From Promethearchaeota archaeon (GTDB lineage Archaea; Asgardarchaeota; Lokiarchaeia; Sigyniarchaeales; SOKP01), in NCBI GenBank assembly GCA_016839555.1, contig JAEOUA010000007.1, positions 224,001-288,000 of the forward strand: 64,000 nt of DNA, in the 5' to 3' direction. The stretch's first letter is position 1; every line of letters begins with the position of its first letter. Position numbers and translations under genes: made by a program. The notes under the pieces were generated by a model, which worked only from the letters and a program-made list of their open reading frames with translations, was not told the DNA's origin and searched no databases. This document shows positions 39,191-49,530 of the stretch, piece after piece.

Positions 39191-40237
39191 TTGAATAAGG
39201 ATAATCGTTTAGAACATATAATATCAAAAATTAATGCTAATCAAATTAGCAAGGAGAATGCTTCTGAATTATTAATTTCATTATTCACAGGAACTCATGA
39301 TTTAAAAATTCAGTATAATTGTTTGAACATCCTTAAAAATATTCTAACAATATCAAAAAAGAATTTTGCATTTTTAGAAAATTTATTAATCTCAGATGAG
39401 GATCCTAATATAAAATGTTTGGCAGCGGAAATTCTAATTGATAAATTTCCGGAAAGATCTTTCGATTCTTTACAATGGGAATTAGAACATGAAAAATCAC
39501 CGATTGTATTGCAAAAATTGTTTTCTATAATTAATCATTCCACTAATCAGAAAATTACTAAATTAGGGCATATAATAAATGAATGGTTAAGTGATTTTGG
39601 CCAGAGATTAACGCTCGAACCAATGGAAGCAAAATTTATTCTAGATCTTGAGACTCTGTTCGCCAAAAAAGAAGATTCTATAAACATTCTTTCTCAAGAT
39701 ACTTACAAATTCTATTCCATTCTATCTCAATTAGAAAATAATCAATATTGGTTTTTGATAAAGGAAAATCATTTAATAGAGTTAAAGTTCAATTATTTTA
39801 AATGGAAATTCTTAAAAAATTACCGTGGTAAAATAAATTCATTAAAACAATATAATGATTTGGATTTATTACTTTCTCTTTTAATTCAGATGAAGGGTGA
39901 ACATAAAGAGTCTATAAGAATTCCTACCTCAATATCTAATCTTATATATTTAGAAAAATTAGATATTAGCGAAAACAATCTGAAAAGTTTACCCTCATCC
40001 ATAGAAAAATTAAAAACATTAAAAATCTTGGATTTGAGTTTGAATCGATTAAAATCTATTCCAGAATGTCTTTTTTCACTTAAAAATTTAAAAATACTAG
40101 ATTTAAGTTATAATAAATTGCAAACTATTCCTTCTTCAGTAAAAAATTTGAAAAAGTTAGCAGAACTCAACATAACAGGTAATAAAATTAAAGAGACACC
40201 TAAAATCATGAAAAATATTATTAGAAATGACTCTTAA
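39191..40237 (+). CDS. HEAT-like + leucine-rich repeat protein
   Basis: LENLLISDEDPNIKCLAAEIL HEAT-like segment; four C-terminal LRRs (LEKLDISENNLKSLP, LKILDLSLNRLKSIP, LKILDLSYNKLQTIP, LAELNITGNKI). Confidence 0.8.
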   Translation: MNKDNRLEHIISKINANQISKENASELLISLFTGTHDLKIQYNCLNILKNILTISKKNFAFLENLLISDEDPNIKCLAAEILIDKFPERSFDSLQWELEHEKSPIVLQKLFSIINHSTNQKITKLGHIINEWLSDFGQRLTLEPMEAKFILDLETLFAKKEDSINILSQDTYKFYSILSQLENNQYWFLIKENHLIELKFNYFKWKFLKNYRGKINSLKQYNDLDLLLSLLIQMKGEHKESIRIPTSISNLIYLEKLDISENNLKSLPSSIEKLKTLKILDLSLNRLKSIPECLFSLKNLKILDLSYNKLQTIPSSVKNLKKLAELNITGNKIKETPKIMKNIIRNDS

Positions 40238-40341
40238 ATCTATAAAAAAATAAAAGTTGATTGAAATTTCTAAGATATTGCATTAATTATATAAATTTCA
40301 AAAACATAATTTTATATCAATTATAATTATCTAATAGAAAG

Positions 40342-42066
40342 GTGAAAATTTTGTCAGAAGAAAAAAAAATGATCAATGGTGGCGATGTTTTAATTAAAGC
40401 TCTACTTAAAGAGGATGTCAAATACATGTTTGGAATCCCTGGTGGTCAATTCCTAAATATGTATGATGCTGTATATAAATGGGGCAGAGAACAAGGGATC
40501 GAAACCATTTTATTCCGTCATGAACAAGCAGCAGCCCATGCTGCTGATGCTTATGCACGAGTCACAAATAAACCAGGAATATGTTTTGGTACGGTGGGTC
40601 CAGGCGCGCTGCATTTAGTGCCCGGAGTAGGAGCTGCATGGAGCGATAATATCCCAGTTATTGCTATCATTCCTCAAGTGTCTAGTAAGTATGATGACTC
40701 ATTTACATTACAAGGGAATTTAGATCAAATAAGTATGTTTAAACCTATTACTAAATATCAAAGAAGTATACGAGATTTAGAAAAAATACCCGACGCAGTT
40801 GAAAAATGTTTTAGACAAGCAGTTGGAGGGAGGCCTCAGCCTGTAGTGCTAGAAATATACGAAGATGCCTTTTTAGAAGAAATCGAGGAAGATAAAATAA
40901 AAATTCCTGGTCCTGAGAAGTACCGACCACAATTAAAATCAGGAGTTGATCCCGATTCTGTCGATGAAGCACTTAATTTGTTATTAACTGCTGAAAAACC
41001 CCTTATAGTCTCTGGAGGAGGCGTAATGATGGCGGAAGCATGGAATGAATTGAGAGAATTTGCAGAATATTTAAAAATTCCAGTAATGGCAAGCCATCGT
41101 GGGACAGGAACTATATCAACTGATTCAGAATGCTTTATAGGATCAACAATCGCGCCTAGCTCAAATTTACATGCTGCAAGTAATTCAGATGTTATTTTAG
41201 CTCTTGGATGTAAATTCTCTTATATTTTAGCCCATGGAGATGAACCATTTTGGAATGATAATCAAAAATTAATTCAAGTAGATATCGATCCTGCAATAAT
41301 AGGCAGAGCCAAACCCATAAATTTAGGAATTGTCGCTGATTGTAAAGTATTTCTCAAACAAATATTAAATGCAGCTAAGAAAAAGGAAAAAGTAGAAAAA
41401 CGAGAGTGGTTAGAAACCTTACTAGATATGTATGATAAATATAAAAAAACGTTAATTAAAAAAGGTAGTAAAGATAACGTCCCAATCTTACCGGAAAGAC
41501 TTGTAAAGGATGTTTATGAATTTATGGATGAGGATGCCATCCTAATTGTAGATGGTGGAGATATCGCTTGTTACGCTTTAGAACAAATAAATGTATATAA
41601 GCCCCGTAAACCTCAATCTCTTGTTCAGGCAATATGTATGGGACATTTGGGTACCGCAGTACCGTATTCTATCGGCGCTAAATTAGGAAAACCAGATAAA
41701 CAAGTAGTCGCTATTGCTGGTGATGGTAGCTTTATGATAAATATCCAAGATTTAGAGACTGCTGCTAGATTAAAGCTTGAAAATGTAATTATAGTGGTTG
41801 CCAATAATAATGCATGGGGAATGATAAAAAGTGGTCAAAAATTGTTTATGGGTAAGCGATATATTGATGTTGATTTACCTGAATTTGATTATGGTAAATG
41901 TGCTGAAGGTTTTGGATGTTATGGTGAGAAAGTAACGGATCCTAACGAAATAAAACCTGCCTTAGAACGAGCAAAAAACTCCGGGAAACCTGCAGTTATT
42001 GATGTTAAGATAAAATATGATATTCCAAATGCTACAAAGCTTTTAGGTTCGATGGGTATCCTTTAA
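40342..42066 (+). CDS. ThDP-dependent enzyme, acetolactate synthase-like / ILVBL(HACL)-like
   Basis: RHEQAAAHAADAYAR, TVGPG, VDGGD, and the GDGSF...NNNAWG ThDP motif. No small regulatory subunit is adjacent. Confidence 0.85.
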   Translation: MKILSEEKKMINGGDVLIKALLKEDVKYMFGIPGGQFLNMYDAVYKWGREQGIETILFRHEQAAAHAADAYARVTNKPGICFGTVGPGALHLVPGVGAAWSDNIPVIAIIPQVSSKYDDSFTLQGNLDQISMFKPITKYQRSIRDLEKIPDAVEKCFRQAVGGRPQPVVLEIYEDAFLEEIEEDKIKIPGPEKYRPQLKSGVDPDSVDEALNLLLTAEKPLIVSGGGVMMAEAWNELREFAEYLKIPVMASHRGTGTISTDSECFIGSTIAPSSNLHAASNSDVILALGCKFSYILAHGDEPFWNDNQKLIQVDIDPAIIGRAKPINLGIVADCKVFLKQILNAAKKKEKVEKREWLETLLDMYDKYKKTLIKKGSKDNVPILPERLVKDVYEFMDEDAILIVDGGDIACYALEQINVYKPRKPQSLVQAICMGHLGTAVPYSIGAKLGKPDKQVVAIAGDGSFMINIQDLETAARLKLENVIIVVANNNAWGMIKSGQKLFMGKRYIDVDLPEFDYGKCAEGFGCYGEKVTDPNEIKPALERAKNSGKPAVIDVKIKYDIPNATKLLGSMGIL

Positions 42067-42154
42067 ACAAATATTTAAATATATATATTTCTATTTTTTT
42101 TCTATTTATTTTTTTCTAATTTAAAGAACTTTTAAAAAAAGAAGAAAAAAAAAA

Positions 42155-43552
42155 TTATAATTTAGATTTCTTTTCTAAGTGAAGCTTTTCTCTCTTTTCT
42201 TTTACTTCCTTTAATCTTTCCCCATCTAAGGGATATTTATAGATAACAATGAGGGCAATTAACAATGCAATAATTGGATAGAGAGACATCAAGCTGCGAA
42301 GTCCAAAAATGACTGCTGGTGTTATGTTATAAGGGTCATATACTTGCCAATCTGATATAATAAAAACCGGACCTATAACTAAAAAGACGGCAACTGTTGA
42401 TAAATGCATAAGGAACATATTTACACCATAATATGCACCTTCCCTACGCATACCTGTGTTTATTTCATCCTCGTCAATAATATCCGAAATTATAATATCG
42501 ATTATATAGATTGACCCTGATAATCCTATTCCTATTAAGAAAAACATAATAAGAGCAATAATATAGTTGGATATGAACATTAAGGTGGATAAAAGAATGA
42601 TCCAAATTGACATTGAGATTAACCAGCTTTTTCGCGGTCCTATTCTTTGTACTAATGGTTTCCATAATACAGTCATGAAAATTGCTGCTGAAATGAAAGC
42701 TACACCTAATAAGATTGATAAAAGGAGTGTATCTGAAATTCCTAGAACGAATTTTCCATAAAGGGGGACAATAGCAGGAAGCATTCCATATACAAACCAA
42801 TTTGCTACCTCTGCGGGGATGTACCACATGAAAGATTTACTTTTTACACATGTTTTAAGAGATTTAATGAAACTAGGAGTTGTTTTATAATCCTCTTGAA
42901 ATTCAGGCTTTTCTCTTGGAGAGAATTTTAAAAAGAGAATCCCTGGAATGATTATTATAATTGCCAATACTAATCCAAAAATCTGATATTGTGGTAAACT
43001 CACAGGATCAGAATAATCTGTTATGAACATTCCAGGCAACACAAATGCCATAATTAACCCTACAATTGCAAATGCTTGTCTCACATTATTTGCTTTGGTG
43101 CGTTCTTCAACAGAAATGAATAATTCTGGAAAAAGAGCGGTAAAATTTACATCGTACATTGTAAAAAATAATTCAAAAATCATAATAATGATTAAAAAAT
43201 AAATATAATTCGCAATCTCATTTGTTACTCCGAACGCTGAAGGAGGTGTAAATAATAAAATCATGATTAAAGCTAATGGGATTAAAGAGATCATTATATA
43301 AATTTTACGCCGGCCCCATTTGGTATGAGTTCTATCTGAAAGATATCCTATGAAAGAGTCATTAAAACTATTCCACAAAGCCCATATTATAAACCCAATG
43401 ACAATTAATTCTATTCTAATTCCAATTACGGCAAAATAAAAGGTGAAAACCAAAAAAGTAAAGGTTTGATATGCAGCAATATCAGATAATTGTCCTATAC
43501 TATACGAAGTAGCATATTTATATGAAAATTTTTTATTGTTAGATTCATTCAT
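42155..43552 (-). CDS. MFS transporter, GPH/MelB (MFS_2) family
   Basis: WNSFNDSFIGYLSDRTHTKWGRRK, ALFPEL..EERTK, SDIIDEDE..TGMRREGAYYG. Confidence 0.88.
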   Translation of the reverse strand: MNESNNKKFSYKYATSYSIGQLSDIAAYQTFTFLVFTFYFAVIGIRIELIVIGFIIWALWNSFNDSFIGYLSDRTHTKWGRRKIYIMISLIPLALIMILLFTPPSAFGVTNEIANYIYFLIIIMIFELFFTMYDVNFTALFPELFISVEERTKANNVRQAFAIVGLIMAFVLPGMFITDYSDPVSLPQYQIFGLVLAIIIIIPGILFLKFSPREKPEFQEDYKTTPSFIKSLKTCVKSKSFMWYIPAEVANWFVYGMLPAIVPLYGKFVLGISDTLLLSILLGVAFISAAIFMTVLWKPLVQRIGPRKSWLISMSIWIILLSTLMFISNYIIALIMFFLIGIGLSGSIYIIDIIISDIIDEDEINTGMRREGAYYGVNMFLMHLSTVAVFLVIGPVFIISDWQVYDPYNITPAVIFGLRSLMSLYPIIALLIALIVIYKYPLDGERLKEVKEKREKLHLEKKSKL

Positions 43553-43893
43553 CTCTACTTATAATAAAATTTATTTGAATGGAATATATTTTGCTTTTTT
43601 CCTTATTAAATGTTTTATTCACATTTTCTTATTTAAAAATTATGATTTTTATAAAAAAATTATTTCACCCTAAATTTGCTAAAGGTTTTATAGGTTATGG
43701 TGAGGAAATAATGGATTTCAAAGAATATAAAATGGATTTTTATTGAAACTCAAAATTATATTTGAATTCGAAGATGCCTCAAATTAATGATTTTAATTAA
43801 AAAGAAAAATTTTTCAAATTCTTATGCTTTAGAGAAATAATATTAATTAATGTATATATGTTATTTTTTAATTAAAGAGATTTTATTTTCAAA

Positions 43894-46308
43894 ATGAGTT
43901 ATCAACAAAGTAGCATTTTGAACACAGAGAAAGTCCAAACAAAATTTTCTCTGGAAGATTTTCCCAACTTAAAAGAATTTCGAGAATTCATAGTTCAAGG
44001 AAAAATTGAGTTTTGCATTGAACGTGCGGCATTAATGCTTGAATTTTTAAAGGAAAAGGGCGGATTGGATTATACTGATCCCATTACGCGCCAAGCGGAA
44101 ATATTAAAATATATATTAGAAAATAAAAAGCCTAATATCTTTCCAAATGATCTCTTAGCAGGTTCGAGCACATCGAAGCGGAAAGGCGTCTTATTTTACC
44201 CAGAATTCTTGGGTTTGGGTATATGGCCAGAGTTATTATCCCTCCCCATTAGGAAAAAGAATCCATATCATATAACCGAGGAAGAAATCATAAAACTGGA
44301 CCAAGAGATAATGCCGTTTTGGATAGATAAAAATGTGGCCGAACTTGTGAGAAAGAAATTAGGCGACGATGATAAAAGCTATAGACTTCATGAGAAACTT
44401 TTTTTATATATGGTTGCAAAATATAATTGTCAGAGTCATACTATTCCAGACTACCAGAAGGTTTTAAAATATGGGTTAGAGGGAATTATTAGTGATATTA
44501 CACAAAAAATGGAATATGTAACGGATGAGAAAAAGAAGTTCTATAATGGGATGAAAAATGCTTTAGAAGGTGTTGTGAGTTATGCAAACAATCTAAGTAA
44601 AGAAGCTACTCAACAGTTAAAAACGTGTGAGAATCCTGAACGTAAAATTGAGTTAAAAGAAATTTCAGAAATATGTAAAAAAGTGCCCGCAAAACCAGCG
44701 ACCACATTTAGAGAGGCTTTACAAAGCATATGGATTTGTATGAATGCATTATACCAAGAACAGAATAATGTGGGTTTTAGCATCGGTCGTATTGACCAAT
44801 TATTGAATCCATATTATATTCACGATATAAAGAATGGCAAACTAACAAGAAAAAGGGCTATTGAACTATTTGCTCATTTCTGGTTAAAGATCGGAGATAA
44901 TATTCCAATGGTACCAGAAAGCGGAGAAAAACTATTTGGAGCAACAGGATCCAATCAAGCTATTACCATCGGAGGATGTGATAAAGAAGGAAAAAATTCT
45001 GTGAATGAAACAACTTTTCTTTGTTTAGATGTGGTAGAGCTTCTAAAAGTAAGAGATCCCAATTTGAATGCAAGAATTCGAGAAGATGACCCAGATGATT
45101 ATACTCAAAGAATTGCTGAAGTAATATTTAACACGGGATCTACACCATCATTAATTAGTGACAAAGCAGTAATTCCTGCTTTGCAAAAAATTGGAATTGA
45201 AGAAAAAGATGCTAATGATTATGCGCAAGTAGGATGCTTAGAACCTAATTCTCCAGGAAGACAATTTGGACACACAGGTTCTTTATTGATCAACTGCACG
45301 GCACCATTTATACTAGTAATGCATAATGGAAATTCAAATAAATCAAAAGATCTTGGTCCAAAAACGGGGGAACTTTCTGAGTTTACCTCATTTGAACAAT
45401 TTTTAACTGCTGTAAAGACACAATTTAAATTTATAATAGAAAATGCTACTCGTCTCAATAATGTATGTGGAGAGACATATAAATATCTTCATCCTCAACC
45501 ATTATTAAGTGCCTTATTTGAAGGTCCAATTCAATCCGGAAAGAATTTGCTTGAAGGCGGCGCAAAGTATAATTCCTCGGGAATAGCTTTTATTGCATTA
45601 GCAGATTTAATTGATTCCTTATATGCAGTAAAAAAATTAGTGTTTATTGATAATAAATTTACCTTAGAGGTGTTAGCTGAGATTCTAAAAAATAATTTCA
45701 ATGGCAATGAGAAAGAATACTCTTATATTTTAAATAAAATAAACCATTTTGGTAATGATAAAGAAGATGTTGATAAACTAGCTCAAAATCTTATAGATTT
45801 CCTATATGAAACATGTACATCAATTAATAATTATCGTAATGGAAATTATCTTCCTGGTTATTGGTCAATGACTATACATAGTGGATTTGGAAAGGTAACT
45901 GGTGCGTTCCCCAATGGAAAAATGAAAAGTGAACCATTTACCAGTGGATTAACTCCTTTTTCTAAAACCCAAAAAAATGGTCCAACCGCAGTTTTCAATA
46001 GTCTTGCAAATCTTGATTGTACTAAAATGCCCAACGGAATGGCACTTAATATGAAATTTAATAAATCATTATTCAGTTTAGAAAAAAATAAGGAGTTATT
46101 TATTTCTCTTCTAAAAGGATATTTTTCAAAGGGAGGGATGCAAGTTCAATACATAATCCAAGATGCTGAAACCTTAATTGATGCTAAGTTACATCCTGAC
46201 AAATATCCCGATTTAATGGTGAGAATTAGTGGATATACTGCTTATTTTAATGATTTAAATGATCATATGAAAGATGAGATTATTAATCGAGCTATTATGC
46301 AAATATAA
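43894..46308 (+). CDS. Glycyl radical enzyme (PFL2/PflD-like, eliminase-type Cys loop)
   Basis: Cys loop VGCLEP (Cys codon 45235), C-terminal LMVRISGY glycyl-radical motif (Gly codon 46231), GRIDQ, PATTFREALQ. Confidence 0.9.
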   Translation: MSYQQSSILNTEKVQTKFSLEDFPNLKEFREFIVQGKIEFCIERAALMLEFLKEKGGLDYTDPITRQAEILKYILENKKPNIFPNDLLAGSSTSKRKGVLFYPEFLGLGIWPELLSLPIRKKNPYHITEEEIIKLDQEIMPFWIDKNVAELVRKKLGDDDKSYRLHEKLFLYMVAKYNCQSHTIPDYQKVLKYGLEGIISDITQKMEYVTDEKKKFYNGMKNALEGVVSYANNLSKEATQQLKTCENPERKIELKEISEICKKVPAKPATTFREALQSIWICMNALYQEQNNVGFSIGRIDQLLNPYYIHDIKNGKLTRKRAIELFAHFWLKIGDNIPMVPESGEKLFGATGSNQAITIGGCDKEGKNSVNETTFLCLDVVELLKVRDPNLNARIREDDPDDYTQRIAEVIFNTGSTPSLISDKAVIPALQKIGIEEKDANDYAQVGCLEPNSPGRQFGHTGSLLINCTAPFILVMHNGNSNKSKDLGPKTGELSEFTSFEQFLTAVKTQFKFIIENATRLNNVCGETYKYLHPQPLLSALFEGPIQSGKNLLEGGAKYNSSGIAFIALADLIDSLYAVKKLVFIDNKFTLEVLAEILKNNFNGNEKEYSYILNKINHFGNDKEDVDKLAQNLIDFLYETCTSINNYRNGNYLPGYWSMTIHSGFGKVTGAFPNGKMKSEPFTSGLTPFSKTQKNGPTAVFNSLANLDCTKMPNGMALNMKFNKSLFSLEKNKELFISLLKGYFSKGGMQVQYIIQDAETLIDAKLHPDKYPDLMVRISGYTAYFNDLNDHMKDEIINRAIMQI

Positions 46309-46349
46309 TAAAAATAAAAAGTCAAAATAGTTAATATGGGGCATCAATT

Positions 46350-46781
46350 ATGGAAAAAATTAAATCATGGTACTATAAATTTCTTGGAAAACTGCTTCTA
46401 GACTATTCCCACAAAAAATTAATTAAATTAAATAATAATGATCCTCTTTTTCATAAATTTGTCACCAATTTTAAAGGAAAAATAAATATCAGAACTGAGG
46501 GTAATGAAATAAATAGATTTTTAATTTTTGATGGAAAAGGAAATATTAAATATGCAAATAAGAAGGCAAATGAGCCTGATGCTTCCCTTATTTTTAATTC
46601 AATAAAAGATCTCTATAAATTTTTTAGAAATTATGGAGATGTCTATGAAGGAATGCTTGAAAATAGATTCAAAATAAGAGGTAATTCCAATATCTTGTTT
46701 AAATATCAATTTCTCACAAATTATTTTAATCCAAAAAAAGATAAGATTAAATTGTCTTACCAATCTTTTAATAATATCTAA
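46350..46781 (+). CDS. SCP2-like lipid-binding domain protein
   Basis: EPDASLIFNS...DVYEGMLENRFKIRGN SCP2 pattern; 41 nt downstream of the GRE gene. Confidence 0.65.
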   Translation: MEKIKSWYYKFLGKLLLDYSHKKLIKLNNNDPLFHKFVTNFKGKINIRTEGNEINRFLIFDGKGNIKYANKKANEPDASLIFNSIKDLYKFFRNYGDVYEGMLENRFKIRGNSNILFKYQFLTNYFNPKKDKIKLSYQSFNNI

Positions 46782-46853
46782 AGAATTTCACTAATTTCTT
46801 AAGTAGTAAACCTTTAAATAAAAAAGAAAAATTGAATTTTTTATATTTAAGGA

Positions 46854-47441
46854 TTAAATTTCTTCTACATACATATTATATATGATCAGACCCACATAGC
46901 CAAGAGCGGTAAACACGACAAACCATTCTAATAACGGGGTTCCTATTAAAAATACAAACAATACATCTAGGATAGCAACTACAATACCATATATACCAAT
47001 AGGCTTCTTGAAAGCTTCATGAAGGAATAATGCAATACTGGTTATAATCAATACGAAGAGAATTACAAAAAAGAAGATATCAGACCAAAGGACATGTAAA
47101 GTCATAAAATCTTCGGAATATACTCCTATCATTATTAACGCGAAAGCAGCAAAACATCCTATTCCTTGTCCTATTATAACGAGTATTTTATGCCATATCT
47201 CTTCTCTGTACCATTTATAATGGCCGATAAAGAATGGAAATAATGCGATTCCTGTGGTAATGCATCCTATATTATAAAAAACAGCACCTACGGGACTATA
47301 ACTTGAATTTCCCAAATCTGAGAGCCAGTTATCCAATGGTGAATAATATGTTGGAAATAATGCTAAGGATGTAAATGTGAAAACGCAATAGAGAATAATC
47401 ACAAGCGTACCCGAAATTATACTTAAAGACAATTTTCTCAA
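46854..47441 (-). CDS. DUF998 family membrane protein
   Basis: YSPLDNWLSDLG, GAVFYN, IGVYSED..LH, PLLEW. Confidence 0.7.
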   Translation of the reverse strand: MRKLSLSIISGTLVIILYCVFTFTSLALFPTYYSPLDNWLSDLGNSSYSPVGAVFYNIGCITTGIALFPFFIGHYKWYREEIWHKILVIIGQGIGCFAAFALIMIGVYSEDFMTLHVLWSDIFFFVILFVLIITSIALFLHEAFKKPIGIYGIVVAILDVLFVFLIGTPLLEWFVVFTALGYVGLIIYNMYVEEI

Positions 47442-47738
47442 CTTGATTTCCCTCTTTTACTATTTTATATTATTTTTTATTATTCTTTATTATTGAATTT
47501 TTTTAAAAATCTTTAAATAATAATATACGACATTCCTATATATAAATAGATTTAAGATTTATCATACTTTTGATCCTATTTTTATATTGGTTCATAACAT
47601 CCAGATATATATGTATGAACGTGAAAGGACAGTTTCACGAAGTTAAGAACTTCATTGTTTCATATTAATTCTTTATAATTGGGTATAAAATAAGAAATAA
47701 AAAATAGAAAAAAGAAATATTTAGAATATTTAATTTAG

Positions 47739-48521
47739 TTATCTGTTTTTCAACAGTAGATAGGTCGTATAAATAATTCCAACCGCTATTATTATAGCCG
47801 CAATTAATCCTGCTATAGCTATTAAGAGATTTAATGCTAGTTGTTTGACGAAAATACCAAATGATGCCCATACAAGTACTAATCCATAAGAGATATCCCT
47901 TCTTGTAAAAATAGTGAGAAGTCCTATTAACACTAAAACCGCAATTACTAAGATCGTAAGAATCTCTGCCAATATACCAAAGCTAGGAAAGCCAATCTCC
48001 ACCAATAGGGCTGTGACTTGAGCTACAGTTGCAACAGTCAACCAACCGAAATAAACACTTATTGGTAAATGAATGAAAATTTTTTCATTCCTAGGTGCAT
48101 CAGATACTGCAATATTAAGTCGTTGATATATCATAAGTAATGAGAAGAAGAGAATGAGAATTGCAACCAAAGGTAAAAAGAACACTTGATAATGCCAGAA
48201 AAATATCCATGCGATATTACCTACTGCAGCTAAAATAAAATAGGGACCAATTTTATCTAAAAATGGAAGTTCTTCCTTTTCAGATTTGAATAAATCTTTT
48301 GCTTGATATATGGCAAAGAGACCTATCAAGACATAAATTATAAACCAAATTGAGAACACATAACCTGCTGGGACAAGAAGGTTTGGATATGAGTCAGCTA
48401 ATTCACCTGTTGATATGCCATTCAATGGTAGCGCATTTGCAAGCAAATTGATTATCACTGTGGCTACAAAAGCTATTATATTACCGATTTGGAATATAAG
48501 TTTTTTTATTGAATTTTCCAT
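47739..48521 (-). CDS. TspO/MBR-related tryptophan-rich membrane protein
   Basis: YPNLLVPAGYVFSIWFIIY, NIAWIFFWHY, PISVYFGWLTVA, LVLVWA. Confidence 0.75.
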   Translation of the reverse strand: MENSIKKLIFQIGNIIAFVATVIINLLANALPLNGISTGELADSYPNLLVPAGYVFSIWFIIYVLIGLFAIYQAKDLFKSEKEELPFLDKIGPYFILAAVGNIAWIFFWHYQVFFLPLVAILILFFSLLMIYQRLNIAVSDAPRNEKIFIHLPISVYFGWLTVATVAQVTALLVEIGFPSFGILAEILTILVIAVLVLIGLLTIFTRRDISYGLVLVWASFGIFVKQLALNLLIAIAGLIAAIIIAVGIIYTTYLLLKNR

Positions 48522-48858
48522 ATTTCATCAATTTATATTTTGTAATTTAAGTTAAGGAGATTAATCGCATCTTATATATAAATCCTTTTTTAATATTTTA
48601 AAAATCTTAGTTATTATAGATAATTATTATTCCAATCGTAATTTAAATTGGAGGATGAATAAAATCTAAAATCTTTGCTGCCATATTTAATCCTATCAAT
48701 TAGATTAATCAGATTTAAAAAGCGTAATAAAAAGGAAAATTCTGATTAATATTAAATTAGAATCTTATAATAAATATGATATGAGATGAAACTCGAAATG
48801 TAGAGGATATGTATTTTTTATAATGCAATGCTTTTTTAATTTTTGAAATATTGATTAT

Positions 48859-49389
48859 GTGAAAAGAATGTTTGACCCTGGACAACTAAGTTGGCAAGAT
48901 ATTGAATCTGTTTTGTTAGAAGGTATGGAATATATAAATCATATAGAATCTAAACGGGAAAGAATTATTCATAAGAGTAATTATAAAGCATATAAACCAG
49001 ATTCTTCAATTATTCAAAAATTAAAAGAATTTCTTACAATCACTGATAAGAAAATGAGAATATTGACTTTAGGGGCCACATGGTGTAAAACTTGTGCTGA
49101 TGTTAAACCATCGCTTATTAAGATTGTAGAAAATGTTAATTCTCCGCGTTTGAGAATTTTTCTTTTAGGTGGAGTAAAAACAACTATGGAAAGTAAAGAA
49201 AATTATTATTTTTGGGCTAAAAAATCACCTCCTGAATTTCATAATCGCAAATTTATGGTAAATCAAATCCCTATAGTCTACTTTTTTGATGAATTAGGAA
49301 AATGTCTTACCCGAATTGAGAAATATCCTAAAAATGGTCTCTCTTTTGAAAAATTTATTCTTAATATAGCAAAAAGGTATTTAAAATAA
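48859..49389 (+). CDS. Thioredoxin-fold protein
   Basis: GATWCKTC motif, IPIVYFFDE..RIEKYP. Confidence 0.75.
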   Translation: MKRMFDPGQLSWQDIESVLLEGMEYINHIESKRERIIHKSNYKAYKPDSSIIQKLKEFLTITDKKMRILTLGATWCKTCADVKPSLIKIVENVNSPRLRIFLLGGVKTTMESKENYYFWAKKSPPEFHNRKFMVNQIPIVYFFDELGKCLTRIEKYPKNGLSFEKFILNIAKRYLK

Positions 49390-49530
49390 ATTTTCTCTTC
49401 TAATTATAAATATACTTATAAATTTTTAAAATAGTTTTTTAAATAGAAAAATAGAGTGTTATATTAAGCAAAATAATTGAAAGTATTTTGAGTATAAAAA
49501 AATATAAATTCATAAAAAGGTGTTAAAATT

